Positions 19,659 through 29,031 are shown, counted from the first letter of the stretch. The stretch is 64,000 nt of DNA from an uncultured virus (IMG/VR IMGVR_UViG_3300008108_000012) (IMGVR_UViG_3300008108_000012); one strand, 5' to 3'. A program made the numbers and translations. Notes: generated by a model from the sequence alone, not told the origin.

Positions 19659-19868
19659 TCACGCCATAACTTTGACACGGTGGCGCTCCACCCATACCTC
19701 GCCCTTGCCGTTTAGTGGCTTGACGAGATAGTCAATGTGTCCGAAGCGGACACGCACGTCAGCAATCTTCACGCCGACGTCTAGCCCTTCCATTGAAAGC
19801 ACGCCGACTTCACCACGTGCTGTCTCAGGCTTGATTTTCTCTACCTGCTGTTTGTCATAGGTTTCCAC
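19659..19868 (-). CDS. Hypothetical protein
   Basis: RBS AAGGAG with GTG start. Confidence 0.6.
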   Translation of the reverse strand: METYDKQQVEKIKPETARGEVGVLSMEGLDVGVKIADVRVRFGHIDYLVKPLNGKGEVWVERHRVKVMA

Positions 19869-20062
19869 TGCTTCTCCTTTTCTGTAGTGGTGACCTAAAA
19901 GTTATCCAGTACACCTGACAAACACAACACGAAAGGCCAAACTTTTCTCGAGGGCCACGTGTCATCCACCACCGTCTGGTTGTAGCCCCGTTACCGGCAG
20001 CGGCCCCGCGGGGCTTCTGGGGTTCCGCCGCAGCCGGCAGCCGGTCGAGTAGTGTCAAGAGT

Positions 20063-20443
20063 ATGAACCGATGGGACAAAAACATTCAAGCACTATCCGC
20101 CTATGTTGCCGAGAACGGCACAGCACTCGTACCGACCTCGTACAAATGTTTAGTGGACGGCGAGACGGTATCGCTGGGGTCGTGGGTGACCTATGTGCGT
20201 ATCAAGTACCGCGCTGGAACGCTTCAGATGGAACGCATGGCTCAGATGGAAAACTTCCCTGGTTGGACATGGGGTCCTTGTAAGCCTGGACCGATGGGTA
20301 ACCCTGACCGTGACAAGCAGATGGTCGCTATGCGTCAGGCTGGCAAGTCACTCCAAAGCATCGGAGACGAATACGGCTTGTCAAGGCAACGAGTTCATCA
20401 AATCCTAAATCGCATGGGACATCGGGAAACCGCTAGTGCCTAG
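20063..20443 (+). CDS. Helicase-associated (HA)-like domain plus sigma-70 region 4-like HTH protein
   Basis: W.....L..Y....G...VP.....LG.WV...R; SLQSIGDEYGLSRQRVHQI. Confidence 0.7.
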   Translation: MNRWDKNIQALSAYVAENGTALVPTSYKCLVDGETVSLGSWVTYVRIKYRAGTLQMERMAQMENFPGWTWGPCKPGPMGNPDRDKQMVAMRQAGKSLQSIGDEYGLSRQRVHQILNRMGHRETASA

Positions 20444-20660
20444 ACACCCTGAAGTAAAAAAAGAACCACGACCATCTCTACTTATCGCTTTAGGCGGAGT
20501 AGGGATAGCGGGTTCTTTTTATGGAAGTATTCTTTGGGTTGTGTTGTGGTTTGTTCGTTCTGCTGACATCGCAGAATGGAACGCCCCTTATTGGAAGTGT
20601 GCTATGACTGCCCTTGCCGTAAATGCCTTGCGCCTTTACGACAAAAAGGTATTCGACTAA
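20436..20660 (+). CDS. Small membrane protein
   Basis: Hydrophobic segment; overlaps the previous gene. Confidence 0.5.
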   Translation: MPRHPEVKKEPRPSLLIALGGVGIAGSFYGSILWVVLWFVRSADIAEWNAPYWKCAMTALAVNALRLYDKKVFD

Positions 20661-20695
20661 GCCTCTTCCGCCACCGTCAAAGAGTTGTCCTCGTC

Positions 20696-20920
20696 TTATT
20701 CGGACTGACGGAACACCATCAGTCCTGCGACTGCTGTGCTGTCAATGTGCGTTGGGTCTGCGAGTGCGATACCTGTCACCCACGCTTCTTTCGGTAGTGG
20801 CTGTGTCGGGTCATCACCCACAATGCCACGCACCTTCTGTATCGCTTCGCTAATCGCTTCGCCATCTGTGTCGGCTTCTACATCTACGCCGACCATGACC
20901 TGAACACGGTACTTTGCCAT
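20696..20920 (-). CDS. Hypothetical protein
   Basis: RBS AAGGA before MAKYRVQV. Confidence 0.6.
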   Translation of the reverse strand: MAKYRVQVMVGVDVEADTDGEAISEAIQKVRGIVGDDPTQPLPKEAWVTGIALADPTHIDSTAVAGLMVFRQSE

Positions 20921-21087
20921 TGTTTCCTTCTTTCTGCCCGTACCTTCCATACGGGTCGGGTGTCTTTCGTGCCTCTACGGGCTTCCTGTGGGGCGAGTTC
21001 AGGCGAGTGAGTGGCTGAAAGGGGGAAATGCCACCCACTCGCCACGCAATCGGGCAGGCTCACTACTGCGAACCTGCCCGATACGGT

Positions 21088-22623
21088 CTAGCGATAGGTG
21101 AGTTCGTGACCTGTCACGCTCTCGTACACACCTTTCATGTGTGACGGAACGATGGACTTCACTTTCTCGCCCTTTGACATGGCTTTCAGCATTGTGACTG
21201 CCTGCTCAGGTGTCTCACAGGTGTAGATACCGTGACGCTTGATGAGTGCCACGCACTCCATCACTAAGTCCTCACCCCAACTGTCACCCTTGCCTGTGAC
21301 CCCACCATCGGTGACCCAAATGACAGGGGAAGTATTGCGCTGACGCTTTCCGATAGCCCAACGCAAGGCAGGTGCGTCCACTCCGTTGCCACCGTTCGGT
21401 GACGGAAGTTCTTTCACGCACTTGCCCTTGTTGGCGACCACATACAGGTTCGGGCGACTACTGCGCCCACCTGAATACTGCGCCACGAGTGCTGACGGTG
21501 CGCTCAACACCATCTCCATCACTTCATCGTGTTCCAGCGACATAGAACCACTCGTGTCAATGAGTACCACGCCACCTGCGCCCTTCACAGTACGGTCAAA
21601 GATACGGCGTTCAGGGTCGGTGAGTAGGCGAGACATACGGCGTGGGTTACGCCCTGTCTGCGATGAGACACGCTTGCGTCCGATAGCACCCATCACATTA
21701 CGCTCTAACGCTGGTGTGGAGATACGCAGTTCTTCCCACAAGGTCGCACGACCTTTCTTCGGGATAGTTCCACGACCCCAACGGTCATGTGTGAAGTTCT
21801 CGCTTGCCTTCTCTGTCGGAGACTTGCCATCTTCATCTTTGACTTCGCCTGACGGTGCGCCTTCGCCCTCTTTGCCTTCGCCCTCTTTTTGTGGCTGTGG
21901 CTTTCCTGTGGGGTTGTCACACAATGCGCCGACTTGTTCCTCTACCCACTTTGCGTAGTTCTCCACATAGCCAAATCCTGACAGGTGGAGACGAGAGTGA
22001 GTGGCGTGGAGTGATGGAGTAGAACGCTGGTTGTCCATTACAGAGCGAAAGTAGTTCTCGCCTGTGTGGGAAATCGTCTCCAACAGTTTCACCCACGATG
22101 GCTCGTGCTGTGCGACACCACGCAAGTATTGTTCGTATCCTGCCGTGCCACGAAACGCAATAGCGTCCATCACGCACGAGAGAAAGTCGCCCACCTCTGC
22201 TGTGCGCTTTCCTGCGAGATACTCGCTTCCGTCTGAAAGGTGAGTTGTTGGCTCAAATCCTGCGTAAGAACACAGGACATTGACACGCAGTTCCTCGCAC
22301 ACTACGAGCGTAGGTGCTTTGGCGTAGCCACGAGCCACCCACTTCTCAAACTGCTTCGCCGTAGGTGACACCTTTGCGTGTGTCATCTCGTGCGCTCGTA
22401 TCACGCGAGAATGTTCGGTGTCGTACATCGGCACACGCATCTCACGCAAGGTGACTTCCGTTGCTGGTTCACCACGCTTGGGTTGGACATTGACAATGTT
22501 CCAACGCTTCTCTGCGTCTTTCGCTGTGTTGTCTCCACGAGACAACATCTCAGGCTCAGGGTACTGTGGCGTAGTACCCTGAGCGATGTTCGCCGTAATC
22601 GGCGTTCCGTTTGACTTGCTCAC
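21088..22623 (-). CDS. VWA-domain protein with N-terminal HExxH motif (MoxR/CobT-like partner)
   Basis: AHEMTH; MIDAS motif DTSGSMS; VTDG. Confidence 0.8.
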   Translation of the reverse strand: MSKSNGTPITANIAQGTTPQYPEPEMLSRGDNTAKDAEKRWNIVNVQPKRGEPATEVTLREMRVPMYDTEHSRVIRAHEMTHAKVSPTAKQFEKWVARGYAKAPTLVVCEELRVNVLCSYAGFEPTTHLSDGSEYLAGKRTAEVGDFLSCVMDAIAFRGTAGYEQYLRGVAQHEPSWVKLLETISHTGENYFRSVMDNQRSTPSLHATHSRLHLSGFGYVENYAKWVEEQVGALCDNPTGKPQPQKEGEGKEGEGAPSGEVKDEDGKSPTEKASENFTHDRWGRGTIPKKGRATLWEELRISTPALERNVMGAIGRKRVSSQTGRNPRRMSRLLTDPERRIFDRTVKGAGGVVLIDTSGSMSLEHDEVMEMVLSAPSALVAQYSGGRSSRPNLYVVANKGKCVKELPSPNGGNGVDAPALRWAIGKRQRNTSPVIWVTDGGVTGKGDSWGEDLVMECVALIKRHGIYTCETPEQAVTMLKAMSKGEKVKSIVPSHMKGVYESVTGHELTYR

Positions 22624-22629
22624 AATGCC

Positions 22630-23370
22630 CTACTTCTGTGGGGTCATTGTGTTGATAGCGATAGCGTCCACCACGCTCTTAGCACGGTCACGGAAAACCA
22701 TTTGCGCCGCCTTTTTTGTTCCGAGTGCTGTACGCAGTTGGTCAAAGGCGTAGAACGCACGGAGAGAGATACGGCGTTCGCCTGCGTCTGCCATCTGACG
22801 GGCGTAGTCACGCAAGTCCTCGCTCAGACGGGCGAGTGCTGACGGGTGTGGCTCGTTGATACGGATACAGACGGGGAAACGGTCTTTGAGTGCCATTGGT
22901 AGGTCGCTCATCTGCTCAATGTTCGTGGTCATCACCACGCTGAAACCTGCGTTGGGGCGCAATACCTGACGGGTCTGTGGGTGTTCCCACTTTGCGCTTT
23001 CAGGGCTGTCTGTCATCGCCAGCAAGGTTGCGAACACATCGCCACCTGCCTTGTCAATCTCGTCAATAACGAGACGACCACCTGTGTTGCCATCGCCCTT
23101 CCACGCACGGATAGCAGAGCCTTCCAGCCACGACCACGAGCCGTGGTCATTTGGTTGCCAGCAACCTGTTACATCTGCGTTGGTCATGTCATCGGTACAG
23201 ATGAGACGGTGTGCGCCTGCTTCGGTGTTGCCGTATGTCAAGCCTGCGAATGTCTTGCCTGTTCCTGGCACTCCAAACAGAATGAGACGGTCTATGCCTG
23301 CTTCCAGCGCATCATTGACTTCTTGCCAGCAGGCAGGAAGTGTGGTTGTTGTGTCTTGGACACTTGTCAT
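22630..23370 (-). CDS. MoxR/CobS-like AAA+ ATPase
   Basis: Walker A GVPGTGKT; Walker B VIDEID; ALKDRF; ISLR. Confidence 0.85.
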   Translation of the reverse strand: MTSVQDTTTTLPACWQEVNDALEAGIDRLILFGVPGTGKTFAGLTYGNTEAGAHRLICTDDMTNADVTGCWQPNDHGSWSWLEGSAIRAWKGDGNTGGRLVIDEIDKAGGDVFATLLAMTDSPESAKWEHPQTRQVLRPNAGFSVVMTTNIEQMSDLPMALKDRFPVCIRINEPHPSALARLSEDLRDYARQMADAGERRISLRAFYAFDQLRTALGTKKAAQMVFRDRAKSVVDAIAINTMTPQK

Positions 23371-23407
23371 TGGTTTCCCCTTTCGTGGGAGTTTGTTGTG
23401 GGTGTGA

Positions 23408-23436
23408 AGTGTAGCCACATTGTTAGTGGCACACAA
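23408..23436 (-). promoter_or_regulatory. Sigma70-type promoter of the AAA/VWA operon with a palindromic spacer
   Basis: TTGTGT-GCCACTAACAATGTGGC(17 bp)-TACACT on the minus strand. Confidence 0.55.
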
Positions 23437-23521
23437 CCTTGTTAGCCATCATTTCTAATGGCTCTCTATGTGGGGTGGGCGAGCATCTGCCGTGTCTCCC
23501 ACCCCACACGAGACTTTGTGA

Positions 23522-23935
23522 CTAGGCGACCTGCGCTGTGTCGGTGGACTTGGACTTTGCCTTCGCATCAGGCGAGATGGCTGTGGTACGCACCTGTGAG
23601 TAGGTGGTGACCTTTGTGATGGTGTCTGCGACTTCTTGTGAGACGATGCCCACCTGAACTGCGCTCTCCAACATTTCACCGTCCACTACGGGCTTGGTTA
23701 CTTTCTTGTAGGTGGCAGGCTTCACGAGCATCGCCAACTTGTCTGCGTCATAGGACTTACGCTGTCCGTCCACGATGGCGACTTTGATGCCGTCCACAAC
23801 GCTTGTGTTGATGCCTGCGATGGCGAGTGCTTCACGCAACGCCTGCTCTGCTTCCTTCTTTTGTGCTTCTGCCTGTGCGCTGGCTTCTTTTGCCAACAGG
23901 TACAGGCGTGTTGCTTGCTCTACTGAGTGTGTCAC
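23522..23935 (-). CDS. Hypothetical coiled-coil phage protein
   Basis: RBS AAGGA with GTG at 23935; hairpin downstream at 23471-23504. Confidence 0.65.
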   Translation of the reverse strand: MTHSVEQATRLYLLAKEASAQAEAQKKEAEQALREALAIAGINTSVVDGIKVAIVDGQRKSYDADKLAMLVKPATYKKVTKPVVDGEMLESAVQVGIVSQEVADTITKVTTYSQVRTTAISPDAKAKSKSTDTAQVA

Positions 23936-23978
23936 GGCATTTCCTTCTTTCTTGGTAGGTGTCAAAGTGACAATGTGT

Positions 23979-24033
23979 ACCTTACAGGTGTCAATGGTAG
24001 TTGTCAATAGGTTTCTGTGTGTCGTTTGTCACA
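23979..24033 (-). promoter_or_regulatory. Leftward promoter with upstream box TGTGACAAACGACAC
   Basis: TTGACA(24002-24007)-17-TAAGGT(23979-23984); box at 24019-24033. Confidence 0.75.
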
Positions 24034-24380
24034 CGCCTACCGACCTTGCCATCGGGCTGTTTGGTACAGGGTGAAAGATACAGGGTGTAAGGCACAGGCA
24101 CAACACTCACACAACATCTTTCTTCTGTGTCTGTTGTCACAGGGTCGGGCAGGCGCACAGGTACGCACACGCACGGGCAGGCGCACACACGCACGGGCGC
24201 AGGGGGCTTCTTCCACCACCGTCAGCCTTGTGAGCCCCGTTGGGCGAAGACGGCTCGCGGGGCTGTCACCCCAGATGTCGCCCCAGAAGTCGCATCTGGT
24301 TCAGCCGAAGTTTGGACTTGCTCAAAGTTTGGGGTTAGTCCGACTGTGATGTGTCCTATGTGATGTGTCCGACTAATCCC

Positions 24381-24425
24381 TGTGACAAACGACACATTGA
24401 CATTGTGCCTTACACTCTGTAACTT
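24381..24425 (+). promoter_or_regulatory. Cassette promoter with box
   Basis: TGTGACAAACGACAC-A-TTGACA-17-TAACTT. Confidence 0.8.
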
Positions 24426-24459
24426 GTAATCACCTACTAGCCCACGAAAGGGGACAGAG

Positions 24460-24915
24460 ATGACCACATCATCACCTGTGCGTATGGCAGAACTTGCCCA
24501 GCGCACACTCACTATGGAAGGGGGCGAAGGCTTCACTATGGAACAGGCGATACTGTTCGCATACTGCGCTGACGGTTTCCGTCTTCTCGCAACAGCAGAA
24601 GACATTTACGAAGCGTTGGAGAGCCTTCCACACATTCAGTCGCTCAAAGAAGACGACCAAGGCATTGGCATCATCACAACAGGTTGGGCTGCGCCACTCG
24701 GTGACAACGGAGAAGTAGAAGGCGCACCAAGCGCACACCCTGAGCGCAAGCGTGTACGCCTTTGCTCGTGCGTTGAGCGTGGTGGAAAAATGGGGTCGGC
24801 TCTCGCCTTTGAGACTGACCCTGACGACCTCGTGACAGACGAAGGCAACGGAACAGGCTCACTCGCTAACGCCTTGCTCTCTGCTCTCAACGCACTTCTC
24901 GCCAAGAACAACTAA
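24460..24915 (+). CDS. Cassette hypothetical protein
   Basis: RBS AAGGGG; flanked by promoter and terminator. Confidence 0.75.
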   Translation: MTTSSPVRMAELAQRTLTMEGGEGFTMEQAILFAYCADGFRLLATAEDIYEALESLPHIQSLKEDDQGIGIITTGWAAPLGDNGEVEGAPSAHPERKRVRLCSCVERGGKMGSALAFETDPDDLVTDEGNGTGSLANALLSALNALLAKNN

Positions 24916-24938
24916 ACCACAACCCACTTCCAACAGTT

Positions 24939-24972
24939 AGCCCTCACTTGCCTCGGCAGGTGGGGGCTTTCT
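24939..24972 (+). terminator. Intrinsic terminator
   Basis: AGCCCTCACTTGCC-TC-GGCAGGTGGGGGCT-TTCT. Confidence 0.7.
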
Positions 24973-25112
24973 GCTGTCCCCGAACTTCCCCACGAAGGGT
25001 CTTCCACCACCGTCAAAGTAGTGAAGACGGGGGTCGGTAGCCCCGGCGGGTTTTATTTAGGCCAGATAGTTCTGATGGCCGCTGCGCTGATGGCCGTGAT
25101 GGTAGACAAAGC

Positions 25113-25153
25113 AAAACCCCCTGCTTCGCCAGCGTGAGACGAAACAGGGGGTT
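25113..25153 (-). terminator. Intrinsic terminator of the leftward cassette
   Basis: AACCCCCTG...CAGGGGGTT stem with an A-run on the + side. Confidence 0.6.
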
Positions 25154-25176
25154 GAGCGTGACAGGGGTAGGAAAGA

Positions 25177-25458
25177 CTATCCCTTGTCGGTCTGTTGAGA
25201 ACGGTAGAAGTCCATAGCGGGGACAGACATCTGCCCTTTATCTTCCAGTTCACGGGCGAACTTGACAAGGATAAGACCCATGCGCTCGTCATCTACCAAG
25301 TGATAGTGGAAGAAACGGTGCTTGGTGATGTCGTGTAGAACAGCCATGACAGCGTGTTCCCCCGTTGAGGCAAGCGTGTAGTAATGCTCGTAAAGCGTTT
25401 CCACTATTTCTTCATCTGTCCAGTATCGCCAACTGGCGAGGTCTACTCGTATGTCCAT
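25177..25458 (-). CDS. Cassette hypothetical protein
   Basis: RBS AAGGAG before MDIRVDL. Confidence 0.65.
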   Translation of the reverse strand: MDIRVDLASWRYWTDEEIVETLYEHYYTLASTGEHAVMAVLHDITKHRFFHYHLVDDERMGLILVKFARELEDKGQMSVPAMDFYRSQQTDKG

Positions 25459-25661
25459 GTATCTTCTCCTTGTATTAGACCGAGTGATGAGCCGTTGTCC
25501 CACTTGACATGAACAGTACCCATGTCGTCAATGTAGTCCACAACGCCTTCGTCACCACTTTGTAGTTTCGTGTATGGGTCTGAGCAACGGATAAGGCGCA
25601 CCCGCTTTCCAGCAAGTGCGCCCTTCACCCATTCGTTTGCGAGTTGGTCAATGCGTTTCAT
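25443..25661 (-). CDS. DUF4314-like protein
   Basis: G.RV.L....DPY..L..GD.G.V..IDD.GT.HV.WD.GS.LGLI.G.D. Confidence 0.8.
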   Translation of the reverse strand: MKRIDQLANEWVKGALAGKRVRLIRCSDPYTKLQSGDEGVVDYIDDMGTVHVKWDNGSSLGLIQGEDTWTYE

Positions 25662-26254
25662 TAGCAAATCTGAAAGCCACCGCAGTTTGCTAAGAAAGTA
25701 GCGAACTCACGGACATTCTTCTTGTCAAACGGATAGTTCTTCGCAAAGTGTTGCTGACCGCCAGTTCCCCCACAGGCGTTACATTCTTTGGTTTCTTCCA
25801 GCCAGCCTTCGGGCTTCTCAACAGGTGTGTAGGTCGGCAAACAACCATTACCTTCGGTGGCTATCTCGTTGGCAAAGGCTTCCGCAATGCTGTATTCCAC
25901 AGAAGGCGTGTAGTCGCCATTGTTGTCGGGGTTGGTGTACCAAGTGCGCTTACCAGTCGCCTGACAATGAACACAGGGGCGAATAGGCAAAGACGCAAGC
26001 CACTCGTTGCGTGTCTGCTCGTAGTTGTCCAGCGTTCCGTCACGCAGGCTCTTGCGTAGAACTTTGGCAAGTTCCTTCGCATCTTCTCCGTCAAGCCCGT
26101 CTCCGTCATTGGAGTATCCGTTCTCAACCATGCTCGTAAGTTCAGGTGCGACAAACTCGCAGAACTCCCACAGGGGACGCCACCACCACACATTGTTGCG
26201 GAAGTATTCGCCCTTTTCATTCTTTGGGTCTTGCCCAAATACGTCCATTCCCAT
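25661..26254 (-). CDS. Conserved phage protein with DnaJ-like zinc finger
   Basis: YFRNNVWWWRPLW; CVHCQATG and CNACGGTG; FL..CGGF.IC. Confidence 0.75.
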   Translation of the reverse strand: MGMDVFGQDPKNEKGEYFRNNVWWWRPLWEFCEFVAPELTSMVENGYSNDGDGLDGEDAKELAKVLRKSLRDGTLDNYEQTRNEWLASLPIRPCVHCQATGKRTWYTNPDNNGDYTPSVEYSIAEAFANEIATEGNGCLPTYTPVEKPEGWLEETKECNACGGTGGQQHFAKNYPFDKKNVREFATFLANCGGFQIC

Positions 26255-26388
26255 TCCGTTCCCCTTATCTATTAGGTGTTGAGTGGGCGGGTGTGCCTTC
26301 CCTACGACATACCCCCTTCCCTTCTAGTCCCCCTACGGGCAGGTCGCTTGCGAACTCGTAGGCTAGTTGGGTCGGTTGCCCACATAGA

Positions 26389-26432
26389 AGGGTACAGGTG
26401 TCAAGCACAGTTAGCAAGTGTCATTTGTCACA
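26389..26432 (-). promoter_or_regulatory. Leftward cassette promoter with box
   Basis: TGTGACAAATGACAC-TTGCTA-17-TACCCT on the minus strand. Confidence 0.75.
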
Positions 26433-26705
26433 GAACAGGTGTTCGGTGAGACACATTTGGTGCGACTGTCTCGTGAGACTAACTGGGGGAAAGTGTCTCA
26501 GACTGGGAGAAGGGTCTTCCACCACCGTCAAAGTCCTGTGGGAGCCCCGCGGGACAAAAATCCCGTCCGGGACTTCCGCCCCATCTGTGTTGCCATCGGC
26601 GACATCGGCGACATCGGGTTGCGTTGCTTGCCGACAGCCACTAAGGTATGCCCATGTCATTAGTCTCTATTGTTGTAGTCATCGCACTCATCGCATTGTT
26701 CGCAA

Positions 26706-26759
26706 GTGGCTAATGTCACACAATAACTATTTGACAAGTGGCTACTAACTTTGTAGTCT
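26706..26759 (+). promoter_or_regulatory. Cassette promoter with inverted box
   Basis: GTGGCTAATGTCACA-10-TTGACA-17-TAGTCT. Confidence 0.7.
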
Positions 26760-26788
26760 TAGATTCTCAACTCACAAAAGGGGGAATC

Positions 26789-27145
26789 ATGACTGATTCT
26801 GTCATTGAGTGGGAAGAGGTGAGCAACACTTCAGACGAAGTGGAGTGGGACTTTGCGACAGACTTGTTCGCTGAGGTTGCCAACACGCTCATTGCCCATA
26901 ATGAGGAACTTCACGAAGGCGACACTTGGTGGCGCATTGAGGGATTCCCATTGTGGAGTGGTGGGCTTGACGGTATTTTCCACGCCGATACGCCGATGAA
27001 GTTGTTGGAAAGTATTACCGTTCGTTCGGAATGGTCATTGCGCTACACGCTTGACCCCGAAACAATGGTGCTTACTTGTCACCTCTCTCACCACGATGCA
27101 AGCGGAACTTTTACGGTGAAGGCAATGCCTAATCCAGACCGCTAA
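26789..27145 (+). CDS. Cassette hypothetical protein
   Basis: RBS AAGGGGG; ATG at 26789. Confidence 0.7.
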   Translation: MTDSVIEWEEVSNTSDEVEWDFATDLFAEVANTLIAHNEELHEGDTWWRIEGFPLWSGGLDGIFHADTPMKLLESITVRSEWSLRYTLDPETMVLTCHLSHHDASGTFTVKAMPNPDR

Positions 27146-27167
27146 CAACTGAACAACACGGCGAACT

Positions 27168-27196
27168 GCCCGTCTCCGAAAGGGGGCGGGCTTTTT
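27168..27196 (+). terminator. Intrinsic terminator
   Basis: GCCCGTCTCC-GAAA-GGGGGCGGGC-TTTTT. Confidence 0.8.
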
Positions 27197-27360
27197 GCTT
27201 GCCCAACGACTGCCCGTGCGCCGTCTCCCGCCACCGTCGGAAGGTGCGAGCCCCGGACGGTCGCATCGCAGCGCGGGGCTATCGGGCGCATCTGCGCCGT
27301 CGCCACTCAGTTTCGTCGCCACCTGCCAACTCGCCACCTGTCTGTCACCCCTGTCTCGCC

Positions 27361-27404
27361 TGTGACAAACGACACTTGACAAACTGTGTTATCGCCTGTA
27401 TCTT
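27361..27404 (+). promoter_or_regulatory. Cassette promoter with box
   Basis: TGTGACAAACGACAC-TTGACA-17-TATCTT. Confidence 0.8.
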
Positions 27405-27447
27405 CTACCTTGTAATACACACCAACTACCCATAGGGGGGTACACAA

Positions 27448-28023
27448 ATGGAAGAAGAACAGACACCATCTGAACTATTGGCTTCTGTAATCGCTCGCGC
27501 GATGGAAGTCAAGTACGAGATGTGCGTGGACAACAATGGAATGTGCGATACGCCACCTGTACTGCTCGGTGAACTACCGACAGGCGAAGGCTTCATCGCA
27601 CCCGACTACAACGATGGACACCCAACCGACACCTTGCCGTTGATGCTGTCAGCACTCGCTGAAACGATGATGGCACAGTTCTCATCGGTTCAATGGAAGT
27701 GGCTTGCGTATGTCGTAGAAGGCTACGCAAAGCCAACACACGAAGGGGTGGAGAGCCTGCCCGAAGATTGGAGCCGTGGAATGTACGAAGAAGAGTACAA
27801 GACGAACCCAACAAGCGATGTGCGTGAAGGGCTTATCGTGGGTCTGTATCCGTGGGAAGGACAAGCCATCGGAACAACCGTGTTCTATCGCTACAACGAC
27901 AAGGGCTTGCCTGTCTATGACGAGCCTGAGATGTTGGAAGGCGAGATGGAAGGGACTGTCGCAGACATCTTCAAGGCGTTCACGATGGCGTGTAAGACAA
28001 TCACCAACGCCAAGAACAACTAG
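27448..28023 (+). CDS. Cassette hypothetical protein (apparent paralogue of 47665-48294)
   Basis: RBS AGGGGGG; shared K..CV...G..D.P, V.EG[YW] and S.V.E.L motifs. Confidence 0.75.
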   Translation: MEEEQTPSELLASVIARAMEVKYEMCVDNNGMCDTPPVLLGELPTGEGFIAPDYNDGHPTDTLPLMLSALAETMMAQFSSVQWKWLAYVVEGYAKPTHEGVESLPEDWSRGMYEEEYKTNPTSDVREGLIVGLYPWEGQAIGTTVFYRYNDKGLPVYDEPEMLEGEMEGTVADIFKAFTMACKTITNAKNN

Positions 28024-28040
28024 ACCGTACCCCCTACGGA

Positions 28041-28083
28041 AGGGGGGTCGCCTGCCAAGTACGGTGGGCGACCCCCCTTTTTT
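28041..28083 (+). terminator. Intrinsic terminator
   Basis: AGGGGGGTCGCC...GGCGACCCCCCT-TTTTT. Confidence 0.8.
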
Positions 28084-28164
28084 CGTGTACCCAACCAGCC
28101 CTCTTCCACCACCGTCAAAGCAAACCCGTTGCGCTTAGCAGCCCCGCCCGGTATTATTTATGAG

Positions 28165-28386
28165 ATGTCGTACGTTCGCTATGTGTGTGAGTTCTGTAAT
28201 CACGAAGTCCAGCCAGGGCAAAGTGGAACAATGAAGTTGGTGTTGGCGTGGGTGCGTTCAGACAACAACACAGGAATAAAGGGTGTGAAGAACCAGCACA
28301 AGTACGCTCATTCCATCTGTGTGGAAACAGAGACTAAGCGTGGTGGTAAGCGAGAAGGCTCAAACGGCGAGCAGACGCTGTTTTAG
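28165..28386 (+). CDS. Small zinc-binding protein
   Basis: CEFC...HSIC; TATTAT 7 nt before the ATG (leaderless-like). Confidence 0.6.
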   Translation: MSYVRYVCEFCNHEVQPGQSGTMKLVLAWVRSDNNTGIKGVKNQHKYAHSICVETETKRGGKREGSNGEQTLF

Positions 28387-28429
28387 AGTGCGAACAGCAA
28401 CGCAATCGCAACGAGAACGATGATGGCAG

Positions 28430-28819
28430 TCACTTTGTATCCTTAGATACGAGCACCCAGCCACCTTTGCCGTCTCCGATGTAGGTCTCTTTGCCTTTCC
28501 AACCCCAAGCCCAGCGACAGCATGAAGGGTCAAGGGTACAGTCATCATTACTGTCAAAGTCAGCGTGATGAATGAAGTTCGGGTGACAGCCACCACGAAG
28601 TTTCTCTCCGAGCAACGGAAAAGCATCTAGAAGTTTGACAACGCAGTCGTGACACATACTGATAAAGCGACTTTCATCGCTACCAAGTAGGACGCCCACA
28701 TTGTCGTCAAAGCCACCGTAGTAGCCGAAGTGGTCAATAGGCAAAGACCAGCCCCCGTCAGGAAGGCTGTCTTGTTGTGTGTTCGGTTGCTCTACACCAC
28801 AGGTATCGCAGGTAATCAT
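28430..28819 (-). CDS. Cys-rich cassette protein
   Basis: CDTC...GYYGGF.D...CHDC. Confidence 0.65.
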   Translation of the reverse strand: MITCDTCGVEQPNTQQDSLPDGGWSLPIDHFGYYGGFDDNVGVLLGSDESRFISMCHDCVVKLLDAFPLLGEKLRGGCHPNFIHHADFDSNDDCTLDPSCCRWAWGWKGKETYIGDGKGGWVLVSKDTK

Positions 28820-28827
28820 TGTGTCTT

Positions 28828-29031
28828 TCAGGGTTGGTAGATGTTGTACCCGTATGGGTCGTACAGAGTTGTCGTGGTCTCACACGGGTAGTGAAAATAC
28901 TCGCAGTCAGGGACGCCTTGTTTCTCATCTCCGATAGATGCGATAAGAAATAGAGTTGCGCCGATGAGAGTTGTCCAAAAGACAAACCTCACGAACGAAC
29001 GCACCTTGTAATAGATAGGTGGGTGGCTCAT
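28828..29031 (-). CDS. Small membrane protein (paralogue of 32613-32810)
   Basis: YYKVRSFVR, TM segment, PDCEYFHYPC...DPY. Confidence 0.7.
   Translation of the reverse strand: MSHPPIYYKVRSFVRFVFWTTLIGATLFLIASIGDEKQGVPDCEYFHYPCETTTTLYDPYGYNIYQP

Noticed and set aside
21386..21396. TTGCCACCGTT (and AGCCACCGTA near 28711) as missing periodic sites
   Set aside because: Only the GCCACCGT core matches, inside coding sequence; expected by chance
24017..24605. ORF-track ORFs across the spacers (e.g. 24017-24349, 24222-24605, 26398-26748, 29954-30439, 30877-31193, 32033-32554)
   Set aside because: They overlap promoters, terminators and repeats, lack RBSs and have atypical composition; treated as spurious
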